A stretch of DNA of 64,000 nt. Source: an uncultured Clostridia bacterium. Lineage in GTDB: Bacteria > Acidobacteriota > Aminicenantia > UBA2199. Shown piece after piece: positions 28,688-38,525 of the stretch; within the stretch, counting starts at the first letter, position 1; every line of letters starts with the position of its first letter. Under the pieces are notes generated by a model. It did not search any database and was not told the DNA's origin. It saw nothing but the letters and a program-made list of their open reading frames with translations. The translations under genes were made by a program, and so were the position numbers. Where the stretch lies: positions 653-64,652 of the forward strand of contig CAZBHS010000030.1 of the NCBI GenBank assembly GCA_964491915.1, written 5' to 3'.

Positions 28688-28847
28688 CGCGTTAATTAAT
28701 TGATTCTCGTGATTTTGTAGCCGTTTTTCTTTTCGACATTTTTTTTCAATTGTTATGTGTGTGGATTTTCCGCTCCGTTTTTTTATTTGTTACCCGGAGC
28801 TTAATTGTTTATGTGTGTGTGTGGTGTGTATGTAAAGGAGAAGATTT

Positions 28848-29045
28848 ATGCGAACAAAAAAAACGAACAAGACGTTGTCTTTAAAAAAGGTTACAGTTAG
28901 TTCTTTGTCTGATGGAACATTGAGTCGAATTAATGCCGGCGGCCTCGAAGGCGAGGCTCTCAGGACAAGGTACACAGCGTGCAACAATGGAGCGCGCAAT
29001 GTTGCGATAATCACTGGACTATCGAATGTGGGCGTTTGTGTTTAG
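28848..29045 (+). CDS. Small peptide with double-glycine-type leader (precursor candidate P3)
   Basis: The 65-aa peptide is MRTKKTNKTLSLKKVTVSSLSDGTLSRINAGG followed by LEGEALRTRYTACNNGARNVAIITGLSNVGVCV, with RBS AAGGAG. It shares its leader and the core block ALRTRYT(G/A)CN with P2. Confidence 0.65.
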   Translation: MRTKKTNKTLSLKKVTVSSLSDGTLSRINAGGLEGEALRTRYTACNNGARNVAIITGLSNVGVCV

Positions 29046-29279
29046 GCCGTTATCGGCTGCATTGAGGGTTAACGACTTTTTTATTTCTTTTTAAAGTACC
29101 TTTATCTGTGCACTGTACAGCTTTTTGCACAAAAAAGTGGTACTTTTTTTTAGGAACTGTATATAAGCAGGTTACCAGTGGCCGGTGTCCCGCCTGGGGG
29201 CGGGATGCCATGTTTTCTCCCTTATCTCTGTCGGATTCCTTCTTGTACGGGGGAGGGAAATGGTGTATAATCACAGATC

Positions 29280-29642
29280 ATGAGACCATATCTAATTTTA
29301 TTCATATCCTGGCTGTTCCCTGGAGCAGGGCATTTCATGCAAAAGAAATATGTGAAAGGCATTGTGTTCTTCGCGGGAATAGTACTTCTTTTGGTTCTCG
29401 GCTTGCTCATGCAGGGGAAATTTTATTCCACCAAACCGTTTCACCCGCTAATGGTGCTCGGTTTTTTGGGCGACCTCGGGAATGGGGTTTTTTATTTTAT
29501 CATTCAGTTATTGGGCCTGGGCAAAGGAAATATTGAGGCGGTCACCTTTCATTATGGTACCACCTATCTAGTGACCGCGGGCCTTGTCAATTATCTTGTG
29601 GCCTTGAACGCCTATGATATTGCCAGGGGGAAGAGAAAATGA
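29280..29642 (+). CDS. Small integral membrane protein (3-4 TM)
   Basis: 120 aa, with hydrophobic segments LILFISWLFPGAGHF, GIVFFAGIVLLLVLGLL, VLGFLGDLGNGVFYFII and YLVTAGLVNYLVAL. An extended -10 (TGgTGTATAAT) lies just upstream. Confidence 0.6.
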   Translation: MRPYLILFISWLFPGAGHFMQKKYVKGIVFFAGIVLLLVLGLLMQGKFYSTKPFHPLMVLGFLGDLGNGVFYFIIQLLGLGKGNIEAVTFHYGTTYLVTAGLVNYLVALNAYDIARGKRK

Positions 29643-29818
29643 TCGGTTTTTTTAGAAGCCATTTTATCTCAATGTTGGTGTATGCGCTTATCGTATCCGT
29701 AATTCTGGCTTTTATAAAATACGACGATAAAAAGGCTATTTTGCGCTATTGGGTTAAACTATTCCTTTACATGGTATTCGGAGTCGTGGCCTTTAGTTGG
29801 TTTATGTATCTCGTCTAA
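29639..29818 (+). CDS. 59-aa two-TM membrane peptide (below the ORF-track size cut-off)
   Basis: Its ATG overlaps the stop of the previous gene (ATGA). Sequence: MIGFFRSHFISMLVYALIVSVILAFIKYDDKKAILRYWVKLFLYMVFGVVAFSWFMYLV. This gives two clear hydrophobic helices. Confidence 0.45.
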   Translation: MIGFFRSHFISMLVYALIVSVILAFIKYDDKKAILRYWVKLFLYMVFGVVAFSWFMYLV

Positions 29819-29908
29819 GGGGAACGAATTGTTACGATTGTTCTCCACCAGGCCTTTTCGCGGGAAAGATTTCCTGGTGGATGAACTGTGGTTGATAAGA
29901 GATTCCGC

Positions 29909-30547
29909 TTAAAACGAAATCCCAAGGCCCCCCATCAGGGAAAAGCCGTTCAATTTTCTTTCTTCCAGATAGATAGATCCACTGTTATCGGTAATGATGT
30001 TTTCTTCGGGAACAATATTCAAGAAAATGTATTTACCTTTGATATCAACATATAAAGACCTGGTGAAGTAAAATTTCAGTCCGCCTTCCGCAAAGAAGCC
30101 GACTTCCTTGGTGTTGAACTCATTGGTTTCGTTGCCGATGGCAACCTCTTCCTTGACATTGTAATATCCGGCGCCGGCTCCCAGGTAAGGGATAAATTTC
30201 CCTGTGGCGAGAAAAATTCTCATTCCGGCTTCTATCGGCATGATTGTCAATTTAGCCTCTTCTCCGGTTAGAGTGGTGTTACCGTTGACAGTGAGATAAT
30301 CGGAATGGATAAACGCGACAGTGGTTTTGCCTATTCTGTAAGAGAGATCAAAACCGTAAACCAGATTGTTTTTTCCGAAAACTCTTTCATACATTTTTTC
30401 CGGGATGCTGCGGATTCCGGCGCTCACAGTGATCGAGAACTTGCCGATTTCCGGTTCGCCCTTCGCCCTGTCCTGGGCGTTCAAGACACCGGGGATTGCC
30501 AGAGCGATTACCAATAAGAACACCAACATGTATTCTGATTTTTTCAT
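29909..30547 (-). CDS. Outer-membrane beta-barrel protein (OmpW/OprF-N-like small porin family)
   Basis: The start was set at the ATG after AGGAGG (MKKSEYMLVFLLVIALAIPGVLNAQ signal peptide). It shows the alternating amphipathic strand pattern and a C-terminal ...GGLGISF with terminal Phe. Confidence 0.75.
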   Translation of the reverse strand: MKKSEYMLVFLLVIALAIPGVLNAQDRAKGEPEIGKFSITVSAGIRSIPEKMYERVFGKNNLVYGFDLSYRIGKTTVAFIHSDYLTVNGNTTLTGEEAKLTIMPIEAGMRIFLATGKFIPYLGAGAGYYNVKEEVAIGNETNEFNTKEVGFFAEGGLKFYFTRSLYVDIKGKYIFLNIVPEENIITDNSGSIYLEERKLNGFSLMGGLGISF

Positions 30548-30685
30548 CCTGCCTCCTAGTTTTGCTCGACTGATCTTGTGTTTGCAAAATCTGAAATCGT
30601 ATGATAGCATTTATAGAAATAAAATGCAATCATACATTCTGGCTGGCTTCAGAGATAGGACGATACATAATTTCATGGGATACTA

Positions 30686-32083
30686 TTGATGATAACTGAT
30701 TTGATTTTTCTTGCGATTGGTTTTTTTCTGGGACTGGCGGTCGCCTGGCTGTTTATATGGAGAAGCTGGCGGAACCAGGCGGAGCGAGCGAGATTGGAGT
30801 ATAGTACCGAGATAGCGTTGCAAAAAGAACGCATCGAGGAGCGCAACCGGGATATTTCCCACCTGCGGACCATAGAGCGTCAACTAAAGGATGATCTGGA
30901 AGCGAGGACCAACGAAGTGTTGTCGTTGCGGGAGCAATTGGCGGCGTTACATGAACAATTGCGAGGGCAGCGAAAATCTGAATCCGAGAAACTGGCGCTC
31001 CTGGAAGAAGCGAAGCAGCGGTTGGCGGAATCTTTTAAGGCCCTGTCCCTGGAGGCGTTGGAGAACAATAACCAGACTTTTATGGCGTTGGCCAATCAAA
31101 GGTTGGAAGGATTCCGCCAGAATACCAGGGAGGAAATTGAATTGCGCAAGCAAGCTGTGGAACGTCTGGTGAAGCCCATAAAAGATTCTCTCGACCAGGT
31201 GGACCGGCGCATCTATGAAGTGGAGAAAGAACGACATGTGGCCTATGCGGGATTGTTGGAACAGGTCAAATTAATGGCGGATTCGCACCGGCATCTTCAC
31301 GAAGAAACCTCCAAACTTGTGCGGGCGCTTCAGAGTCCGACGGTGCGGGGCCGTTGGGGAGAGGTGCAGTTGAAGCGGGTGGTGGAATTGGCGGGGATGA
31401 TCGAGTATTGCGATTTCATTCAGCAGGAGACCAGTCACGCGGAGGAGGGGACGATTCGCCCGGATATGATTGTGTGCTTGCCCAACGCGAAACAGATCGT
31501 GGTGGACGCCAAGGCTCCGCTCAAAGCGTTTTTGGATGCGATGGAAGCCAAAGACGAGCAGCGGCGTGCTCAATTGATTCGTAGTCATGCGGAACATATA
31601 CGCAAACATCTGGCTCAATTGAGCGGGAAGCGTTACTGGGCCCAATTCGAACAGGCCCCGGAATTTGTGGTGATGTTCCTTCCGGGGGAAAGTTTTTTTA
31701 GCGCCGCGTTGCAATCGGCTCCTGAATTGATCGAATATGGGGTGGAGCGGAGAGTGATATTGGCGACGCCGACGACATTGATTGCTTTGTTAAAGGCGAT
31801 CGCGTATGGCTGGAAACAGGAAAAAGTGGCGCAAAACGCTGAACAAATCAGCCGGTTGGGAAAAGAACTTTATGATCGCATCGCTACGTTGGTCACCCAT
31901 TTCAATGAGATGAAAGGCGGTTTGGAAAAAGCGGTAGCGTCTTATAATAAAGCGGTGGGATCGTTGGAAAGCCGGGTCCTGGTGTCGGCACGGAAGTTCG
32001 GGGAGCTGGGGATATCCGCCGCGAAAGAGAGTGAAACGGTTGCGGCTATAGATTCATCCTTGCGGGAGGTTAAAGAAATATAG
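30686..32083 (+). CDS. rmuC: DNA recombination protein RmuC
   Basis: 465 aa with an N-terminal TM, a long coiled coil, and a C-terminal RmuC nuclease-like domain ([22 protein letters not shown]; VVDAKAPL). Confidence 0.9.
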   Translation: MMITDLIFLAIGFFLGLAVAWLFIWRSWRNQAERARLEYSTEIALQKERIEERNRDISHLRTIERQLKDDLEARTNEVLSLREQLAALHEQLRGQRKSESEKLALLEEAKQRLAESFKALSLEALENNNQTFMALANQRLEGFRQNTREEIELRKQAVERLVKPIKDSLDQVDRRIYEVEKERHVAYAGLLEQVKLMADSHRHLHEETSKLVRALQSPTVRGRWGEVQLKRVVELAGMIEYCDFIQQETSHAEEGTIRPDMIVCLPNAKQIVVDAKAPLKAFLDAMEAKDEQRRAQLIRSHAEHIRKHLAQLSGKRYWAQFEQAPEFVVMFLPGESFFSAALQSAPELIEYGVERRVILATPTTLIALLKAIAYGWKQEKVAQNAEQISRLGKELYDRIATLVTHFNEMKGGLEKAVASYNKAVGSLESRVLVSARKFGELGISAAKESETVAAIDSSLREVKEI

Positions 32084-32173
32084 TGATTTCTGGGCAGGAG
32101 AAAATATTAAATTAATCAGGTCAATGTATTGCATTCGCCCTTAAAATTTTATATAACGAGTCTTGGAGGAATC

Positions 32174-33376
32174 ATGATAGATTACGAACAATTTTTTTCC
32201 AGTAGTGCAAAACGAATGAAAAAATCTGAAATCCGTGAGTTGCTCAAATTAACACGGCAACCAGGTATCATATCCTTCGCAGGCGGCTTGCCTGCTCCCG
32301 ATTTATTTCCAGTTGAGGAAATCAAAGAAATTTCCCAGCTCATTTTGGACCGTGAAGGAACTGTCGCTTTACAATACGGGCCCACCGAAGGCGACACTGT
32401 GTTGCGGGAAGAGCTTTTGAAACTCTCCAAAAAAAATGGTGTGGATATTTCACTCGATCAATTAGTGATCATTACTTCCTCCCAACAGGGATTGGATTTG
32501 GTAGGCAAGGTGTTTGTAGATCCCGGAGATATTGTCATGACCGGCAACCCTACTTACGTGGGCGGCATCCAGGCCTTTAACTCCTACGGAGCCAAAATGG
32601 TCGGTATCGACCTTGACGACCAGGGGATGAATGTCGAATTGCTGGAGGCAAAGATCAAGGCGTTGGCCGCTGACGGCAAAAAGCCGAGATTCATATATGT
32701 CGTGCCCGATTTTCAGAATCCTTCAGGTCTCACTATGGGGCTGGAGCGGCGGAAGCAACTCATCGATGTGGCGGAGCGTTACGATTTAATTATTATCGAG
32801 GACTCTCCGTATCGCCAGTTGCGCTTCGAGGGCGAAGCGGAACCCCCGCTGATAAGTCTGAATCCTGAGCGGGTATTGGCTCTTTATACCTTTAGTAAAA
32901 TATTGTTACCGGGATTTCGTCTTGGATGGATGGCCGGCCCCAAAACTTTGATCCAAAAGATGGTGGTGGCCAAGCAGGCGGTGGATCTTTGCTCGCCTCC
33001 GTTCAACCAGGCGATACTCGCCGAATATGTCAAGCGCGGAAGCCTTGAAAAGCAGATTGGCAAAATCATCGCCGCTTACCGCGACAAACGCGACTTCATG
33101 TTGGCTAAGTTGGAAGAGTATATGCCGAAAATGGACGGATTGAAATGGACGCGTCCCCAGGGCGGTCTCTTCTTATGGGTAACGGTACCCCCACATATTG
33201 ATACCACTGAAATTTTCCCCAAAGCGATCGAGAAGAAAGTGGCTTATGTGGTGGGGCGCGCGTTTTTTCCCAATGAAGGCGGGCAGCACGCCATGCGTAT
33301 CAATTTTTCTTACGCGTCAAAAGAGGACATCGACCAGGGCGTTCAACGTCTGGCTGAATTGATTAAAGAAGCCTAA
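32174..33376 (+). CDS. PLP-dependent aminotransferase (class I/II; 2-aminoadipate/aromatic transaminase-like)
   Basis: The start was set at the ATG after GGAGGA. It has the SEIRELLKL N-terminal motif and the PLP-lysine context FSKILLPGFRLGWMAGP. Confidence 0.85.
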   Translation: MIDYEQFFSSSAKRMKKSEIRELLKLTRQPGIISFAGGLPAPDLFPVEEIKEISQLILDREGTVALQYGPTEGDTVLREELLKLSKKNGVDISLDQLVIITSSQQGLDLVGKVFVDPGDIVMTGNPTYVGGIQAFNSYGAKMVGIDLDDQGMNVELLEAKIKALAADGKKPRFIYVVPDFQNPSGLTMGLERRKQLIDVAERYDLIIIEDSPYRQLRFEGEAEPPLISLNPERVLALYTFSKILLPGFRLGWMAGPKTLIQKMVVAKQAVDLCSPPFNQAILAEYVKRGSLEKQIGKIIAAYRDKRDFMLAKLEEYMPKMDGLKWTRPQGGLFLWVTVPPHIDTTEIFPKAIEKKVAYVVGRAFFPNEGGQHAMRINFSYASKEDIDQGVQRLAELIKEA

Positions 33377-33389
33377 AATATTAAAGCGT

Positions 33390-33427
33390 ACCGGTCGGGG
33401 ACTATGATGGCTCTGACCGGTTTTCTT
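33390..33427 (+). terminator. Terminator hairpin candidate after the aminotransferase gene
   Basis: ACCGGTC-(18-nt loop)-GACCGGT is followed by TTTTCTTT. The hairpin overlaps the 3' end of the convergent gene at 33402. Confidence 0.4.
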
Positions 33428-34226
33428 TCTTCTCCTGATCCTCTGTTTTTTTCTGTGGCGGGGTCTCTTGTTTAAAGTTCAATATAATGGATGAGGTGAC
33501 AGTCTGGCTTTGTTTACTGGATACCTGAAATTTTATTTCGATCTTGGCGCCGAGTTTTTTGATTTTTTCTTCATCCAATTCCCAGGATAATTCGCCGGTT
33601 TCCTGGTTCAGTTGAATCCCAACCTCTTTTGGAGAGAGCAATTCATATTTCATTGCATTTTCTTCAGACGCGATATTTTCTCCAATGGACGGATTGTATG
33701 CGTCGATTTTGTATTTAATGGTACCGGGAATTATCAGCTCCCCGATGGGTGTCACCTTGATAACCGGAGCAGCGCCTTTGACTCTGATAAATTTACTTTT
33801 AAACAGACCCGAGGTTTTGTTTCCTTTTTGGGCTGTTACCCAGCATTGAATCCAGTTGTTACATACAAAATAATCACTGCTGAGAGTGTTTTCTGTGGCA
33901 TCGGTGATTTCAACGCTATTGACGAACCAACGGTATTTGATCGCCGTATCCTCATCCTGTTCTTCCAGTTGAACTTCCACCAGTAAATCCTTTCCCGCCG
34001 TGGGGGCTTCCGGGAAGGCGACGTTTTTTATTTTGGGGGATTTCACTTCCTCTACAATTTCTTCTTCGTTGGCCTCTTCCGCTTCTTCCGATGAGACGTC
34101 GGATGTTTGTGTCTGGGTGTCCGGTATGACCTGGTTCGCCGTCGGGGTTTCTTTGTCGCCCCCTCCGCAGAAGTTGAGAGTTACTAGTATAATCAACAAA
34201 ATAACCGCTTTTAGTAGTGTATTCAT
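33402..34226 (-). CDS. Lipoprotein of unknown function (last gene of the pilin-like operon)
   Basis: 274 aa with lipobox-like LVTLNFCGG, an acidic low-complexity linker, and a beta-rich body. Confidence 0.6.
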   Translation of the reverse strand: MNTLLKAVILLIILVTLNFCGGGDKETPTANQVIPDTQTQTSDVSSEEAEEANEEEIVEEVKSPKIKNVAFPEAPTAGKDLLVEVQLEEQDEDTAIKYRWFVNSVEITDATENTLSSDYFVCNNWIQCWVTAQKGNKTSGLFKSKFIRVKGAAPVIKVTPIGELIIPGTIKYKIDAYNPSIGENIASEENAMKYELLSPKEVGIQLNQETGELSWELDEEKIKKLGAKIEIKFQVSSKQSQTVTSSIILNFKQETPPQKKTEDQEKKENRSEPS

Positions 34227-34256
34227 CTAACTATCCTCTTATTTTCCGAATAGGTA

Positions 34257-35402
34257 TTAATAAATGATGTTATAGTTCCGTATCTGAACTTCGTACGACA
34301 TATAGGAATAGTGATAACGACCCACCGAGATCCTGGCGGCCGGCTGGTCTCCCATACGGGGTTTATCATAAACCATCCCCGATCCCGCGTGCTTCTCCAC
34401 TTCCTCTTCAGTTCTAAACAGCGCGAAAACCCGGACCGCCGCGATATTACGGTTGCGGAATTGATCTATGAACGTACTACAATTCACATCGCCGGACGCT
34501 GCGCATGGATTGGCATAGGCTGTTCCGCCCGCGCCGTCTGTAACAGTGGAGGCCCAAAAGTTCGCTGGAACATCCCGGGTGATATATTCGTACTGTATGT
34601 CCAATATATTCGGTACAAACGGAACGCCTCTGGAGCTTGTCTCTTTTCCGGCTCCCAGCACATCAGGCTCTCCTTCGGTGTCCGTTGTGATGGTGAGTGT
34701 GCGAACTCCGTCTTCTTCACGTACTAGAAATATATTGAAGTAGGCGAGGCGGATGACTGGGGTTCCGGCGTAATAAATATAATCAAGGCCGGTTTTATTA
34801 CTATCCGCGGAGTTGTGCTCATCGGTTAGGTCATTATATTTCGCTGTATTCAACAAACCGGAGTAGTACACCGGGGTGGCTCTGATGGCCAGGGAATTGG
34901 CGGCTAAATTCGGCGTTTGCGTCACTTTGAAAACATAATAACCTTCAGCCCTAACCGCAATTCCGTAATCATTCAGTTGCCAGGCCGACGCGGTTCCGTC
35001 GAAAAGATCCGAGGTGACGACTGCGACGGTGGTGTCGGAGGAGGGGTCGAAATTGGCTGATAGTTGCGTTGTCGCCATTGGATCGCCTGAGGCCAGGATA
35101 ATCCCATCCGGGAAATTGACATTGTTCAGGGGATAGATTCCCGTGAATGGGACTGGCGATCCGATGAAGGCCGGAGTATGCAGCAATGATAACACAGATC
35201 CTGCGCTGCGAAGGCTGTCGTATAGCAATACCTCGAGTGCCCGGGCTGCCTGGTTCATGTCCAATCTCCGTCCTTCCGTCAGGTGGGTACGCTGTGTTCT
35301 GAGGATAAGGGCGTAAATGGAAGCGACGATAATCAACAGGATGCTCGATGCTACAATCATCTCTATGAGGGTAAAACCTTTGTTATTTTTTTTGTGTTCC
35401 AT
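34257..35402 (-). CDS. Prepilin-type N-terminal cleavage/methylation domain protein (PilW-like minor pilin/pseudopilin)
   Basis: 381 aa beginning MEHKKNNKGFTLIEMIVASSILLIIV, the class III signal G|FTLIE. Confidence 0.72.
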   Translation of the reverse strand: MEHKKNNKGFTLIEMIVASSILLIIVASIYALILRTQRTHLTEGRRLDMNQAARALEVLLYDSLRSAGSVLSLLHTPAFIGSPVPFTGIYPLNNVNFPDGIILASGDPMATTQLSANFDPSSDTTVAVVTSDLFDGTASAWQLNDYGIAVRAEGYYVFKVTQTPNLAANSLAIRATPVYYSGLLNTAKYNDLTDEHNSADSNKTGLDYIYYAGTPVIRLAYFNIFLVREEDGVRTLTITTDTEGEPDVLGAGKETSSRGVPFVPNILDIQYEYITRDVPANFWASTVTDGAGGTAYANPCAASGDVNCSTFIDQFRNRNIAAVRVFALFRTEEEVEKHAGSGMVYDKPRMGDQPAARISVGRYHYSYMSYEVQIRNYNIIY

Positions 35403-35404
35403 AA

Positions 35405-35803
35405 TTATTTGGTCCTTAATATCTGCATGGTCACAGGATTGGAGTTCACGCCCTGGGATTTCCAGCGTACTTCCACGCTTATTGTCACATTGTCTTCGTC
35501 TATATCGAAAACGTGGATTGTTCTTGTGAATTGAGCGTATTTAGGAATCGTGTCATAGGCTTCTACAATCGGGTTATCGATGAATGTGCGGACAGTGTCG
35601 AAATCAATACTCATCATTCGCTCGACACCCCCTTCCGCCAATTGCACGGCTTTTGTGTGATGTAGGGCGAAATTGTTTGTTTTGATATGGACGGTGGTCA
35701 TTGTCAAAACACCGACAATGACAAAGGCGAGAATGGTGATGGAAATCAAGACTTCGATAAATGAAAATCCTTTTTGTTTGGGGCTAGATGAATTTTTTTT
35801 CAA
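35405..35803 (-). CDS. Prepilin-type N-terminal cleavage/methylation domain protein (PilV-like minor pilin)
   Basis: It carries KQKGFSFIEVLISITILAFVIVGVL. The start is proposed at a TTG 8 nt after GGAGG, giving MKKNSSSPKQKG|FSFIE. The ORF-track start at 35848 is less likely. Confidence 0.68.
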   Translation of the reverse strand: MKKNSSSPKQKGFSFIEVLISITILAFVIVGVLTMTTVHIKTNNFALHHTKAVQLAEGGVERMMSIDFDTVRTFIDNPIVEAYDTIPKYAQFTRTIHVFDIDEDNVTISVEVRWKSQGVNSNPVTMQILRTK

Positions 35804-36272
35804 CTTTAATACCTCCATATGGGAATAGCTTGATATAAATGTAATCATATCCGGTCCCCCTGGGCGCTCTCAAGGTAACCGTCTGAGTCCCGCTCAATTG
35901 CATGTCGGCGGGCTTCAAGATCATGCCCCTGGAATTTACTGCAAAATCAGGCGGATTGAGTATGGCGATGTTTTCCGGTGTGGTTCCGGCTTTTACATCC
36001 CGGGTGGAGTAGTCTTGCCAGATTAAACCGTCATAGTATTCATATGTATACGAATCCGCAGTGAATTTCATGCGAATGATCATATTTTCCCGGGCGGATA
36101 TTTGTTTGATTTTAAAAATTTCACCGGTAATGGCTCTGGCTGTGGAGCTAAGATTCGCGCGGTCCTTGCCTTTTAAACTATAACTTAAGGTTACCGAAAT
36201 AAGAATACTGAAAAATAAAAGCACCACCAGTAATTCGATGATCGAAAAGCCTGCGAGTTTATTTCGCTTCAT
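35784..36272 (-). CDS. GspH/FimT-like pseudopilin
   Basis: 162 aa beginning MKRNKLAGFSIIELLVVLLFFSILI, the prepilin signal G|FSIIE. Confidence 0.75.
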   Translation of the reverse strand: MKRNKLAGFSIIELLVVLLFFSILISVTLSYSLKGKDRANLSSTARAITGEIFKIKQISARENMIIRMKFTADSYTYEYYDGLIWQDYSTRDVKAGTTPENIAILNPPDFAVNSRGMILKPADMQLSGTQTVTLRAPRGTGYDYIYIKLFPYGGIKVEKKFI

Positions 36273-36295
36273 AGATACCTCTCATCTATTTATAT

Positions 36296-36311
36296 TGCAT
36301 GTTCGATGCCG
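36296..36311 (-). promoter_or_regulatory. Sigma54-like promoter candidate for the pilin-like operon
   Basis: The minus strand reads cGGCATcgaacaTGCA with correct GG-N10-GC spacing, ~25 nt upstream of the ATG at 36272. RBS GAGAGG lies in between. Confidence 0.35.
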
Positions 36312-36518
36312 GAGGGTATTTATTTTTGAGTGTGGATGAGAGTATGATTAGTAAAGAATGTCCGCGGTTTTAGTAAATCATTCGCCTCGGCGGTAGTAAA
36401 TATTTCTGTGTACATCTTACACATCTGTTTAGCTCTTTACACAGAGCCAGGTTTTGCAAGAGCGCCTATATCCGGGACAAAGATTGCATTGTAATGGGGA
36501 AAAGGGTATAATTTCAGT

Positions 36519-37403
36519 ATGAATTTAAAAGGAATGTTTAAGTCCTCGTTGAAAACGAAGATCAATCTGGTCCTCAACGCCTCGAAAAACAAAGAGGAAA
36601 TATTTGAAGAGCTGGAAGAGTTGCTGATATTGGCGGACATTTCGATGGAATTGGTGGAACGTATCCTTTCCGGCGTGAAAAAGAAAATTAAGCTCACGTT
36701 TGATAAGGAGGATTTTTTTAACGCCTTAAAAGAAGAGTTGAACCAGCGATTCGCCGCGATTCCACAGAGCGGCGCTACACTCGATCACGGTAAGAATGTG
36801 ATTCTATTGGTGGGGATCAATGGCAGCGGTAAAACCACTACCGCTGCGAAGCTGGCGTATTATTATAGCAATAAAGGTAAAAAGGTATTGTTAGGGGCAG
36901 CCGATACTTTCCGGGCCGCGGGTAGTTCGCAATTGTCCCTATGGGGCGAGCGTCTGGGGATTGCGGTGATCGGAGGCCAAAAAGGCGCCGACCCCGGCTC
37001 TGTCGTTTACAATAGCCTCAACTCCCTTGGCAATAAGGATTTTGATTTGTTGATCGTCGATACCGCCGGTCGCGTGCAAACCAAAGACAACTTGATGAAG
37101 GAATTGGAAAAACTTACCAACATCGTGAAGAAATTTTATCCTGACCAACCGGCGGATACACTGTTGGTGGTTGACGGCACCATGGGGCAGAACACTCTGG
37201 ATCAAGCGAAACGGTTCAGGGAATTTTCAGGTATTACAGGGATCGTATTATCCAAAATAGACGGCACTGCTAAAGGCGGCACTGTCTTGAATATTTTGGA
37301 CGCGCTTAAAATTCCGGTAAAATTCGCAGGTGTCGGCGAGGGGGAAAAGGACTTACTGGAGTTTTCTTCCCGGCGGTTCATAGATTCTTTATTAATGGAT
37401 TGA
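36519..37403 (+). CDS. ftsY: Signal recognition particle receptor FtsY
   Basis: 294 aa with SRP GTPase motifs GINGSGKTTT, DTAGR and SKIDGTAKGG. Confidence 0.93.
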   Translation: MNLKGMFKSSLKTKINLVLNASKNKEEIFEELEELLILADISMELVERILSGVKKKIKLTFDKEDFFNALKEELNQRFAAIPQSGATLDHGKNVILLVGINGSGKTTTAAKLAYYYSNKGKKVLLGAADTFRAAGSSQLSLWGERLGIAVIGGQKGADPGSVVYNSLNSLGNKDFDLLIVDTAGRVQTKDNLMKELEKLTNIVKKFYPDQPADTLLVVDGTMGQNTLDQAKRFREFSGITGIVLSKIDGTAKGGTVLNILDALKIPVKFAGVGEGEKDLLEFSSRRFIDSLLMD

Positions 37404-38524
37404 CCGCGATGGATGTTACCGGTTTCCCTGCCAATGACGTAAAATTTATGAAGATGGCGATCCGTTTGGGCGGAAAAGGGACCGGGTATACCGAACCAAA
37501 TCCACTGGTGGGCGCTGTGGTGGCAAAAGACGGCAAAATTGTTTCCACTGGATATCACCGGATGTACGGAGGATTGCACGCGGAGCGCGAAGCGTTACAG
37601 CACGTCGATGCCGAAGGAGCCACTCTTTATGTTCCCCTCGAACCCTGCAGCCACCACGGAAAACAACCCCCTTGCGTGGATATTGTGATTGAAAAAAAAT
37701 TGGCGCGCGTCGTCATTGCTACTCAAGATCCATGTTCGTTGGTTAACGGGAAGGGTATACAGCGTCTGCGGCGAGCCGGAATTCAGGTGACCATTGGGTG
37801 TCTCGGCGATCTCTATAGATTTGAAAACCGCCATTATTTTAAGTTCATTCAGAATAATCGTCCGTATGTAACGTTGCGGGCCGGGGTTTCGGTGGACGGA
37901 AAGTTGACTGACAAGTACAGGAAATCCCAGTGGGTAACCGGAGACACACTACGCCGGATTTCGCGTAGCTTTCGAGGTGAATTCTCGGCCATTATGGCGG
38001 GCGCCGGTACAATTCTCGATGACGATCCACAATTGACGGTGCGCGGCGAGTGGCGGGGGAAGAAATTGTTCCGGGTCGTTCTTGATTCTCATAATAGAAT
38101 TCCAACCACATTGAAGGTGTTTCAAAACCAGGGCGATTTTCCTTTAATTATTTTCAGCTCGAAAAACGCGGGCAATAAAGATAAAAAATGCCGGCATCAC
38201 TATTTTGTCTCAACTGCCCGGGGTACGGACGACGCCCTCGACCTCGGAGAAGTACTCGACAATCTTGGAAAACTTGGGATAGCTTCTGTCCTGGTGGAAG
38301 GTGGAGGACGGTTGATTGATTCTTTTTTGCGCTTGAAATTGTTTGACGAGGTAATACTCTTTACGGCCGGCACATTGATCGGAGGCGTTGACTCGGTTCA
38401 ATTGATGCATTCCGGCGTCCCGTTGTCTGAGGCCGTCAAACTGGAAAACCTGGAAACGATTCCTTTTGAAAATGGATATATTGTACGGTCCGTCAGACTG
38501 GATGCTCCTGGAGGTTCGAAATAG
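37400..38524 (+). CDS. ribD: Bifunctional riboflavin biosynthesis protein RibD (deaminase/reductase)
   Basis: 374 aa with CMP/dCMP deaminase zinc motifs HAEREAL and PLEPCSHHGKQPPC, plus the C-terminal RibD reductase domain. Its start overlaps the ftsY stop (ATGA). Confidence 0.93.
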   Translation: MTAMDVTGFPANDVKFMKMAIRLGGKGTGYTEPNPLVGAVVAKDGKIVSTGYHRMYGGLHAEREALQHVDAEGATLYVPLEPCSHHGKQPPCVDIVIEKKLARVVIATQDPCSLVNGKGIQRLRRAGIQVTIGCLGDLYRFENRHYFKFIQNNRPYVTLRAGVSVDGKLTDKYRKSQWVTGDTLRRISRSFRGEFSAIMAGAGTILDDDPQLTVRGEWRGKKLFRVVLDSHNRIPTTLKVFQNQGDFPLIIFSSKNAGNKDKKCRHHYFVSTARGTDDALDLGEVLDNLGKLGIASVLVEGGGRLIDSFLRLKLFDEVILFTAGTLIGGVDSVQLMHSGVPLSEAVKLENLETIPFENGYIVRSVRLDAPGGSK

Positions 38525-38525
38525 T

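Noticed and set aside
36273-36518. FMN riboswitch for the rib genes.
   Set aside because: The rib genes are translationally coupled behind ftsY. The only upstream spacer precedes ftsY, and I could not find the conserved FMN-element core helices there.
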